From Sphaeroforma arctica JP610 (Eukaryota): a stretch of 42,562 nucleotides of DNA. The stretch spans positions 25,136-67,697 of the forward strand of contig NW_014040193.1 in the NCBI RefSeq assembly GCF_001186125.1, given 5' to 3'. Positions within the stretch are counted from its first letter, which is position 1; each line of letters opens with the position of its first letter. This document shows positions 11,378 through 22,853 of the stretch, piece by piece. The notes below the pieces were generated by a model. That model had not been told where the DNA came from and made no database searches. It worked only from the letters and a program-made list of their open reading frames with translations. Both the position numbers and the translations under genes were made by a program.

Positions 11378-11786
11378 GTAGTTATTTCTGCTGCTTAAAT
11401 TACTCGTGCTGGTACGTCATAACTCTTGGAGTTAAGACGTAGCAGCACTAAATAAATAATTTATGCTGTATGTACCACTATCCTATTCCAGTCCGTTTAT
11501 ATACACAACTCTTTAAGTTGGGTTAAGGGACGAGGATAGTGGAAAACTCCCACCCTCAGCCACCCGGTTCATACCATATTTCTAATTTTTGCACCGTTTT
11601 AGCCAAGGGTAGTTAGTTCTGCTGTTTAAATTACTCGTGCTGGTACGTTATAACTCTTGGAGTTATGACGAAACAGCACTAAATAATTTATGCTGCAACA
11701 CTATCCTACTCCAATCCGTTTATATACACAATTCTTAAGTTGTTGTGTATAAAGGGACGAGGATAGTGGTCACTATCCTCATCCCG
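11378..11786. repeat. Direct duplication of a ~165-bp unit, each copy containing two hairpins
   Basis: Copy 1 at 11378-11542 and copy 2 at 11609-11769. Hairpin gtgctg-g-tacgtc-a-taactc-ttg-gagtta-a-gacgta-g-cagcac and hairpin cactatcct...aggatagtg occur in both. Confidence 0.85.
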
Positions 11787-12553
11787 TATTTCTCACTACT
11801 CGAGATACTTCCTTCAACTTATTGTTGAAGCGTGGGCTCTCCTCCAACTACCAATCACATCACCATGGTAATGGACGGTGAAGCTGACAACCTTCCAGTA
11901 CCAGACAATCGATTAGAAACCTTGACCATTCTTAGAGAGATTGAAGAAAGAGAATACACTATTCCTGGGACAGGACCTCACTTTCTTTACGGGCTCCGGT
12001 CTTCTATAACTGGAGTCTCAACTGCTGACCACATAACATCGGTACAAGACTGCGCTGCCGCATCCAACGGCGAGTAGAGTACCAGTGTTCCGAGAGAAGT
12101 TGCTAACTCGGTTTGGGTACAAGAGGTACGCTTTCCCAAAGGACTAACCAGCTCACCAATAAAAGTGCCCTCGTGGTACGACTCTCAAAAGCCCATTGTC
12201 TAGAAGGAACTGGTCAACATTCTGACCTGGGTCGATTTTTTGGCCTTCACACACTCAAACAAAATCGATTTAGGTGGTCTATCAGCATACCACCGAGCAC
12301 AATCTTATCGAGGCGTCATCCTAGAACTCATAGAGGATATAGGACGAACCGTTGAACTTAAGCAAGCAACTACGTGTTAAGGAAGGATCAAGCTTTGCTG
12401 AGCTCGTTGAACAACAAGTTCGTCCAACCTATAAAAACACTCCTACTGTCGCACGCTACGTGAAAGCGACAAAGAAAAAGCAGCACGAATTAGCCTTGAC
12501 ACGAGGTAAGCTCAATGTAAAAAAAAGAAGACTAATTCGAACACCACTGCCTT

Positions 12554-12760
<207 letters not shown>

Positions 12761-13059
12761 TCATTATCAATACATGATCATGTGGTCGCCACGGCATCAA
12801 GTGTCAACTATGGATGGTACTCTCACGATAGTTCAGTACTAGTGGCAGCAAGAGTTAGAATATAGCGCACTGGCCTTAATAGGTAGTCGCTTCGTTGTTG
12901 TGACTTTCTTCATCGAAAACACGATTACAGAAACCTTCTGCGTACCGAATACAATTTTCTTCCGTTTCTGAACTACTTCAGTCTACCAAATCTGTTCAAT
13001 CATTGGCCGTGGGCTGAATATGATTGGCCTTTGTCAATATTGTAGAGTTGTTTGTTAAG

Positions 13060-13126
13060 GAATTTTGTTGGGAGGATGGGATTTTGATTATTCGAATTTT
13101 GTTGGGAGGATGGGATTTTGATTATT
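13060..13126. repeat. Short tandem duplication (about 34 bp x2)
   Basis: gaattttgttgggaggatgggattttgattattc occurs twice back to back. Confidence 0.85.
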
Positions 13127-14183
13127 CCTATGCCCATTGGTGGCACACAGAATTAAAGAAAAACAGAATTCATAAATTATCGAGCGAAGAGTTTGTCCCA
13201 TATTCCGTAACTCCAATACGATGAACAAATACTATATGAGATAGCAATTTCTGAACATACCTAGTTGAAAGAAAAGTGACTGCTTACATAGACTTGTCGT
13301 TCATTCAGGGTAAAAAAAAAAAAGATGTAGCAAAATATTACAAGAAGAGACGCAATCAACCTGGTACCATTTTTTTATCGAAGCACTTCTCTATCATATA
13401 GTTGTGGATGCGAGTAAGTAGGACCCTATTCAGTATGCCGAACCAAATTTCATACGATGATGTATGCGTGAACAATGCACTAAGTGAGGGCTAAACAATA
13501 CTTCCAAGAACATATAAAAGATTGAACATCGACATGATAATTTGAGAATAGTGTGTAGAATTTCACAAAGGTACATAGACAAAGAAAAACTCAGCAAATC
13601 ACACCGACATGACTCAGCATTTGTTTAATTTGTTTCGTACACCTGCTGAATATATAGCAAGTAAGATATTTGAAATCCTCGTCGGAACCATCGATATTGA
13701 AATCTATCTTATTCTTATACAACGCAATACACCAATAGTTGGAGACTGATCATCGTATAGACTGACACACCACAAGCTATTGTATGTTTTCATGCCTTAC
13801 AAATAAAGTAAGCGTAATGGTAACAAGTACAGCGAGTTTGATAGGAAGGAATAGAACGATATTTACTTAAGCCATGTTTTTATCAAAGCCTCTGCACTAT
13901 ATGAATCGAATAAAGCCCCGATGGCCAGACTATCTCAGATACTAGTCACGATTTTGCATACGCAATGTTTGCTCTTGCGAGGCTTGAACATGCAGCGCAT
14001 CTGGCGGCGATGAGGATACTCGAGATCTTATGTCACGGGCCATCTGTGACTTGGTTCGAGCAGTAAGCTAATTGTAAGAATCAGCTTGGAGGAATACGAC
14101 AGGCTCTAATCGCTGCCTTCATTTCCCCAGCTGGTTGCGCGTGCTTCTCGACATGCAGGTTGTTGCTAAACCCGTCATGGCGT

Positions 14184-17100
14184 CTACCGTATAATGGCCT
14201 GTGTTGAGTGCCATCTAGACAGTTTCATTGTGGTGCAAGTCAAATCGTCTACTAGAACGACGAAGATTATATTTTCAAGTGCTAAACTGACCTGGCTTTC
14301 ATCCTTTGCGCCTCAAAGAATTGCGCTTCTGCAGGTGTTGTCGAATAAACAGATAGTTTAGATCGAGAGTATTCGCATCGAGCCTTACGCCATACTCAAT
14401 CACTTTGGTACATATGGGACATACACAACTACTGTCTTCTCAAAGAAAAAACTTGCATATTCGACTAGACAATAAATTATCAAGCGCTATGGTTCATAAT
14501 CACATCGGAGGAAAACGGGTCCTCAGGAAAAGACGGCTGTCTTCCGATCAACATACCTAAATCAGCGATGACCATGTCAGCAACACTTTGAGGCTCCTCA
14601 GTATCACCTCTCCTTTGTGCCAGTACTTCGAAGTCGTTCTTGATAGTGTCCATTGTCTCCTTAATGATAGACTGTCAAGAAAGTATTCGGATCAGGGTAT
14701 TGTTACCCAATACTGGCAAAATTAGCGTGAATCTGCATCATTTTAAAGAATTCTAGAGCGATACCACCCTCAGAGTGGGCAGCACAGAAAGTAAGCCAAA
14801 GTAGAGCCTTGAACCATCACTGTTTAACATCTCTATAGAAAATGCGTATACCTCTTTGCTCATAACGCCATCCCTTTCGTCCTGAACGTGCGAGCGAGCC
14901 CGTTCGTCTTCGTAGTCCTGAAAGCTGTGCTTGCCTTGGAACAACGCAGACCCTCCTGAGTAAACGTAGGGATATGGTAAAAGTGGTTACAATTCAACCG
15001 TCAGCAACTACCTAGCCAGCAAAAAAAGAAAAAAAACCAATAAAGAAAAAGAAAAAAAAGAAGAAAAACTAACAATACTGAATGTGTTTCAAACGAGCCA
15101 TCTGCACAGAAAGGAGCATTACCTGGGGCAGAAAGATCTAAAGTCGGTATAAATTCCTCGAAGTCTGCGGGCATCTCTTGGTTGTATACGTTAGTGTGCA
15201 AGTCCTCACTCCGACAAGGATGATGTAGAGTTTTTCGTTGCATTACTTCATCCTGCAATGAATTGTGATTGGATCGGTACCATTGATTGGAGTCAACAAC
15301 ACATGCGGAAGGAATATGGTTGAACTGATTCTGAACTCGGGGGCACAGTCTAATGACCTCACGACAGATTGATAATTGCCGGTGCCATACCAAATCTCCT
15401 GAGTAACATTGTTTCTTTACTCCAGATATCACAATGGAGTACGGTAAGCCGGAGGCGGAGAGTACCCAATGGTCACGGTGTAGTGATCTGGAGTTTGGCA
15501 AAAATAGATATACATGATCAATCACGAATGGCTGAATCTCTCCTTGAGTAAAGATTCATCGGCTTTTATAGCCAAATGTCGAATCATGTCATTACATACT
15601 GTATTTGGCTTTTAGTAGTATTTCCCGTGACGATAGCAAAAACGGGAAGTACGATGATACCAGCTTCGACTTTCTGATGGTTGAAGAAAAGGTACGTTTG
15701 TGGTTAAAATCGAGGTTGCTATTTCTAACTTTCAATGACTTTCAACATCCTAGTAAGAATTGCAGTGGTGCGAACATACATTTTTGTCCGTATATGTTTG
15801 CATCAGCTGATGGACATTGAGTGCGGAGGATCGGAATGTATCCTCGGCCGTGTCTTGCCAAAGATGTAACAACGTTCGCAGGAGCTGTGCGGCCGTTTCG
15901 ACGATTGCATTCTTAGGGGCTCGCTTCTAATTCAGTTTCATAACGGGAGGAGAGGAGTGAGGTGGTTGAGCGAAGAGAGTGATTGAGGTGTTCGTCTCCA
16001 AATTGAAAGAAAAGAAATCAACGACTTGACAGACTCTAAACGGATGACTTGTGGTACTGATGAAGAAGTTCGCTACGAACTTGCCCTCTGTTGGTTTCAT
16101 AGTCTGTTTCTCGCTCTGATCAACGATATATATAACACATTACAGAAGAATTGAGAGCAATTTATCTAATCTGTATACTGTAAGACAACTAATCCACCCA
16201 ATCACGGAGCTTCATCTGTATGAATTGGGAAGGACGGCATACTGAGCCTAGATATAGAGAAATACAATCACCTGGATCTTTTGCAGAAGAGCCCTATAGC
16301 ACTTTTTACTCCAGTCGTGGGCTTGTCGCTGATGTTGACCATACTGTGCCGCGGATGCATGTATTTCTTCAACCGTTTCTCCAACAACAGCTGTAGGATA
16401 GCATCACAGGCAAGACTGAGTACGCATAATAAAAACAGGGATTCTAAAAATAATGTTAGGTGACTTGTAAATGGCAACAACATCATGTACAAGTACAGAA
16501 AGACGCCCTTACCATACTCAAGCTTGAAGCAAAAAGCAAAGCCACCAGCCCAACTTACATCTTCGCTGGAGCTTCTCAGACAAGATCTCAGCCGATGCAC
16601 AGGTGTCAATCGGAGACTTTTTCTTCGAATTTCGGTCCAAACCATTGAAACCTATGGCTAACACATCATCATCGACACACGGCGACTGTAAATAGAGCGC
16701 ACCATACGATCTGTAAGTGTCCGGCAGTCAGCGTGGCGAATCCATTAAACTTTATATCGCGATTATTATTAGAATGGTGCAAGATATAATCCTAAACCAT
16801 ATGAGCCACCTACCCTATCCTCGGACTGCACTTCACCTTGCTGTCGTTTCCAAAGAGCCTGTGTGGTAGATGAAGGGGAGCGATCAACATATTAGATCAC
16901 AACACCAAAAAAAATGAGGCCAGATAGAGGAAATCGATCGCAGACGTTATTCTATGGCGGTCAAGCACACACACATATGACCGGAAATGCGATTGGACTA
17001 CACAGTGCCACCCGTAGGGGGGGAGGGGGCGTGGGGAATTGTACCGCTTGCTACCCAACCATTGACCCCATACCATTTCAAGGATCATCTTGCTGTTTGG

Positions 17101-20100
17101 AAACTCCTGTGTCTGAAGTATGGACCAACTGTTTGACGCAGAGAAAGAAGAACAACGGGTCACTGGACAGCAAGAAATAAAACATGAAGGGCACCAAGAC
17201 TATAGTCGTGCACGCAGGGGTTGTCAGACACGCAGCCAAATCCAAGAGTATACTATATACTATAAGGAAAGAGAGCTTTCATGCAAATCGAACTAGCTGT
17301 CAATGCTGAAAGCCTCCGACTGGTCAAAGAATGCACACTACACAACTTACCCATTCAGCAGGCTGACAGTGGATTCTGATACACACTTTAGATGCTCCGT
17401 TGCAGGTGATGGTAGGATAGCAAACAGTGCCTCTATCGGCATCCAGGAATCAACGATATCTTCGACCTGCGCGTCACCTAATAAATAAACAGCGTCCAAT
17501 AGCCAGTCAATGTTTGTGAACTACGAGAAAAGTATCTGGATCGAGGATGCGAGCTGTTGAAGTAGTCGATTGTTAGTTGCAGACAAATGGGAATACTTAC
17601 AGTCCGCACAAATCTGGTCGTGAGCCGGGTAGAGATCAACTAGTCTCATAACAAGTGATTCAATCCGATCCAAGAAGAAGGCATTCTTAGAGACTTGATA
17701 GCTGGACACCAACGGAGCAAGAATCTGTATGATAAAAACGATGTGCATTGATAGATATTTATAGCAAGTTGGCTGATAGAAAAATGAATAATGAGAATGC
17801 CTAGGCACCAACAAACGGGAACAAGACTCGAAATCAGACAATTGGAGAGGCGTTGAACGGTTGCATGAATTCTAATAACGAACATATACGGACTACAACA
17901 TACCTTAATTGCGGTGGGAAAGTCCTGTGGCTCGTAGCACCAATCGGGTGTACTATCAGAATGGCGAACAAGTAAGAGGCCAATATAGAAAATGGTCAGA
18001 CGAAAGGAAAGGCGGTATAAGTGGCTGTACTAACTTGCAACCCTGACAATACACATATCTCGAAGAAGATAAAGTGCTGACACCGAAGTATAACCCTAAT
18101 AGAAACGAGGATGCAGTCGATGACGGATATCATGCAGATGACGTTATACCTTCGTGAGCAGCTCATGCAGAACTTGTGGATTATCTGCCAGAAATGTGGA
18201 AAACAGCCAACGACACAGACAACACCGAAAACAAGTGCAGGCATCAGGCTTATTCCTCAAACCGTGATACATACTTGTGAACTAGTTCAACTCCGCGAAG
18301 GAATTGTCGATCGAGTCCAAGAATATGCAGAATCGGGATTGATTCCAAGGTTTGGATAGAGGGGCAGCGATCTGAGGGCATTGGTGGAATGACAGAATCA
18401 GTCTCTTTCAACTTGTATATAAATTGATAGAAAAACAAATCAGCTAATATACTATCATGCGCCGTCTGGTAGATATCATAAGTATCGTACTGTGCTGGTC
18501 ACAGACAAACATATGTATAACGAAGTGCGGATTCCTGTCCATGATATGAATTCACCAAGTTGACCTACGAATATTTTTTCATTCAGTAAACATGCCCAAA
18601 CAGCACGTAACCGACACACACACACACATATATACTTATGATAACAGAGAACGTGCTGTCAATATATATATTGTTCAATCCTTTAAGGGTTTAACCCTAA
18701 AACCCTAGCTCAATCGCAAACGATCTATCGATCATATATTCCGATCTCGATATACTAAACAGACTGCGGATAAAATCTAATCTCTACAATTCAATAAGTA
18801 CATCTGTATAGCTCACGATCTCTCGATCATCTATTTATTTTTGACCACTGTATTGATTGTGGATATATTCTAATATCTACAATACAATCAGTTAGATAAC
18901 TATTTAGACCACTGAATTGCTTGCGGATGAATAATAATCTACACACTCACAAATAGGCTGCATTAGCTTCCTCCCTAGCTATATGTGTGTATTTATATGC
19001 GCCACAATGAAGTTCGCATGTCTTTCTAGATAAAACGAGACCCGTGAGTGTGCATACAACGATAATGATCTAAAACCACAATATAGCGAAAACGGTTCAT
19101 AAATCACACATTGCAATGAAATATACAAAATTAGAAGCATATTGTGTGACAGGGCCAATCGAAGTACGTTATCGTAATCGCTGGAGGGTCATATACCTTC
19201 ATAAACACCGATTACTGAATATATCGAAATGTGTTATGCGAGTCTCATCCTAGTTATACACGATGAACCTATACTACGCGGGTTTGTTTTTGGGAACATT
19301 CGGTGTTCGCGAAAGTAACCATTCGTTTAAAAAATACGATCGACACAAATGAACACACAGAAGCATTTATACGTACACATACCCAAACTTTACTATAAGC
19401 AATTTGTATATAGACTTAGGAATATAAATAATAGGATTCATTATTAGTAAACATGTAAGTATTATTCTGTATATATGTACACGTAAAACACACTCAGACA
19501 CACACACAAGCGCGCACATAATATATGTATATATATACATAAACATAAAACATAATATAGATGTAATAGTATTAATATATATATATATATACATATATCT
19601 ATTGTATATATATGTATAAATTAATATACTTATACACGTTCACGTATCAATATATGTATTTCTATATATATATATATATATTTATGTGTGTATATGTTAA
19701 TACTGCATATTTTTCTACACACACACAAGCATATATATATATATATATATACGATTCATAGTACACATGAAATGCGCACACACGGACAAACAGACACACA
19801 TGCAAATACAAATATATATAATATATATATATATATATAAATACAATATATATTGTAGAACAAATTTGGCAGAGAAATATTTCCGTCTTGGTCCAACGTG
19901 AAACACTATTTATCTAATTTTTCGATATCAGCATCCACTTTTTTCGAATATGCTCGTATACAATCATATTTTTGAATCTATGTCATACATACCGATTACT
20001 GAATATATCGAAATGTGTTATGCGAGTTTCATCCTATTTATACACGATGAACATATACTACGCAAATGTATTTTTGCGCACATTGAGTGTTCGCGAGAGT

Positions 20101-20460
20101 ATCACTACGTTAACACCATGCATTAAAAAGCACGACTCTAGCCACGTATGAACACATACAGAGGCATTTATACGTGCCCAAACTGTACTATAAGAAATAT
20201 AAATATCGACTTGGAGGTATATATACAAAATAAGATTCCAAATAAGTAAGCATGTAAGAAGTATTTTTAAATAGGTACACATGAAATGCACTCAGACAAA
20301 CCCGGACACACGCACATAACATATATATATATATAAAGCACACGCACACACACACACACATATATATATTCCTGTAACAAACATACATACATACATACAT
20401 ACATATCTATATATATATATACATGTATATATATATATATATTTATATAAAGCGCGCGCG

Positions 20461-20491
<31 letters not shown>

Positions 20492-20884
20492 TTTCTTATA
20501 ACATGCGTACATACATACTTATATATATATATTTATATAATAATATATTACTATTCATATTAATATGCATATACAAGAGCACGCACAAATATATGTATTT
20601 CTATAGATTTGTATATGTATATGTATATGTATACGTACACGTACACGTATATGTATATATATATTAATGCATATTTTTATTCGCACACACACACACACAC
20701 ATATATAGATATATAGCTAAAATTATATTCCTACATACATACATTTATGTATGTATAGTGATATAAGCTAATACGACACGAATAACATGTACCTATATTT
20801 GTAAATTTATATATACATATATAAATATATATATATATATAACTCTATATGCACAAACATATACATATAAATATACATACACAT

Positions 20885-20929
<45 letters not shown>

Positions 20930-20936
20930 TATATAC

Positions 20937-20967
<31 letters not shown>

Positions 20968-21615
20968 TTTTTCAAGCTTTGCCACACATACTGCAAATCC
21001 AATACAATTGTCTTGTGAGTCGTAAACGAACTTATTTAAGAAAGAGAATAAATGCTATATTTTATCTCTTAAGAGTTGATACATACCTGTGGTAGCTATT
21101 GAAATTGATTGCTCCCATGTTTTGATCACCGAATCTGTAATACTCGGAAGTACTCCTGCTGTTTTTTTATCTTTTCTCTCTGCATGCGGAACGAATTCAC
21201 GGCGATATATACTCATTAGATTACAACCTTCATTCAATCATCAACTTTGCCTATATTTCTTTTCTGCTGAAGTATTTAATTGTTTATAGCTTCGGTCGAG
21301 CGTTCAATCTTCGATGTAGGATATCACTGTAATGTAACGATGAACTATGCGCCACAACGACATATCGTTGATTCTTTCTCGATATATTTTCAAGTCTGAA
21401 AAGCCCAATAACGATTTCCCAGAGCTATATCATATACCTTGTTTACGTGCTCTTTCCAGTATTTTATCGGCTATAAAGTTTCTTTTTGTTTCGATATTTT
21501 CTAAGCTATCATCCTTCCCATAATCTGCTGTTCCGTTCAATCCCCCAACAACTATACCCGATGCGACGTCGAAGAATACAGTAAGGAAAACAGCTAAGAC
21601 AACTAATACCTTCAT
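14184..21615 (-). CDS. Signal-peptide protein, highly divergent GH47 (class I alpha-1,2-mannosidase/EDEM)-like, probably non-catalytic; about 628 aa, 17 exons
   Basis: Phase-compatible GT-AG exons: 21615-21438, 21179-21087, 18371-18275, 17952-17904, 17724-17601, 17477-17351, 17128-17074, 16858-16814, 16685-16559, 16390-16272, 15926-15780, 15673-15600, 15487-15123, 14955-14852, 14671-14557, 14328-14292, 14214-14184. Total 1887 nt, no internal stop. N-terminus [22 protein letters not shown]47-like blocks in canonical order: [81 protein letters not shown]. Some boundaries are uncertain, e.g. the 16685 acceptor and a possible in-frame intron at 15253-15390. Confidence 0.7.
19205..20700. repeat. 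Diverged direct duplication (about 19205-19730 vs 19988-20700) mixed with TA/CA microsatellites, in intron 2 of the GH47-like gene
   Basis: accgattactgaatatatcgaaatgtgttatgcgagt begins both copies, and similarity continues for several hundred bp. Confidence 0.8.
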
Positions 21616-21848
21616 TTCTGCTATGTAGTAGACAACGTAGACTTTAATACGCCTTTGACACGTGTGTATGCAGGGCGCAATATTAATACATTACCATTAC
21701 CGTTTACTACACACAAGAAGCGCCTCAGGTGGAGGTGTGTGGGGGGTAAAATAAATACATTTAGATGCTTTTTTTATAACTTCCAGTTCGGTCGCCATGA
21801 CGACCTACAGTCGAAACCAGTGCTCATTTCTCAAATAACCGGACACTG

Positions 21849-21883
21849 TGAGTCTGAGTCTGAGTCACTGAGTCACTGAGTCA
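21849..21883. promoter_or_regulatory. Cluster of TGAGTC(A) AP-1/Gcn4-type motifs in the divergent promoter region
   Basis: TGAGTCA at 21861, 21869 and 21877, plus two TGAGTCT, about 240 bp upstream of ATG 21615. Confidence 0.4.
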
Positions 21884-22853
21884 ACGATACTTAAAAATAA
21901 CTTAAGCCACTGCACTCAAGCAGTTTGAACCACCATTTTTGCTTATTTTATTTATTTTGAAAAAACAATAGAACAATCTGACATATGTACAGCTGACATA
22001 GGGCTATATAAAATATGAAACTTTTGGTGACCCAATCACCTATAGGCCAAAATTGTCTCGAATGGTCCATATGATTTTTTTAGGAGACGGTGGCGGACGA
22101 TTGGTCAGTAAAGTATTTTAATGATACTATATATATCTGTAGTTTTCCAATAGGTTTTCAGTAGATCAAAAAAAGTGAAATAACGCGTGTGCTACACTGC
22201 TAGCCTCCAATCCCCCCCGTGATTGCGATTTTAAATAGATCTGAGTAGGACAGAGAGACTGAGACTGGCACTCTTGAAGGGAGTCAAGGCCTTGTTGGTT
22301 TGGCCTTGTCCTGCTCTTAATATGACGGAATTGACACGCCCCAATTTTTAAATGTTACATGTAAAATTATCCAATTTATTAGAGAGAAGAAAGACATCTA
22401 TTTATAGATTTAGGAACATATTATGTACGATGTTGTAAACGAACGCATGTTTAATTTTTTTTTCGGATGCTGATATGGTAAATTTAGAAAAATTATCTTT
22501 CATGTTGGACCTAAACTAGAATATTTCTGCCAAATTCGTTCTATGACTATTCCATCCATGGCCAAATTTGAAGCAAAACTTATAATCTATATATAGAATG
22601 TATTTGGAGCACGTCAGCCAAACAGCCAATATTACCAAACACGCTCCCCATTCGGACATAGACAGTTAATATTATTGAATATTCAAACAGATCACATTGG
22701 GCCACTGGACGCGGTGAAAACATGCTGTGGAAATAATGCGGAATATAATACATACGACCACTCTTTAAGGTCAGTCTCTAAGTGTGATATACCCCATTAC
22801 TGTAGTCGCGCCTTTCAGTGTAAAGGTCAACTAGTTGTCACTCACTAGCTACG

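Noticed and set aside
11378..11786. Hammerhead ribozyme in a Penelope-like terminal repeat
   Set aside because: A GAAA is present in one copy, but there is no CUGANGA core on either strand.
12800..13900. Possible integrase-like relic (IVVDASK and similar)
   Set aside because: Too degenerate; no convincing ordered motif set.
17430..17480. Plus-strand HPGIN resembling a Gypsy integrase zinc finger
   Set aside because: It lies antisense to a phase-compatible exon of the minus-strand gene and has no supporting integrase motifs.
18372..18565. Longer exon with a single in-frame TGA (readthrough or selenocysteine)
   Set aside because: A better acceptor at 18372-18373 gives a phase-compatible, stop-free model without it.
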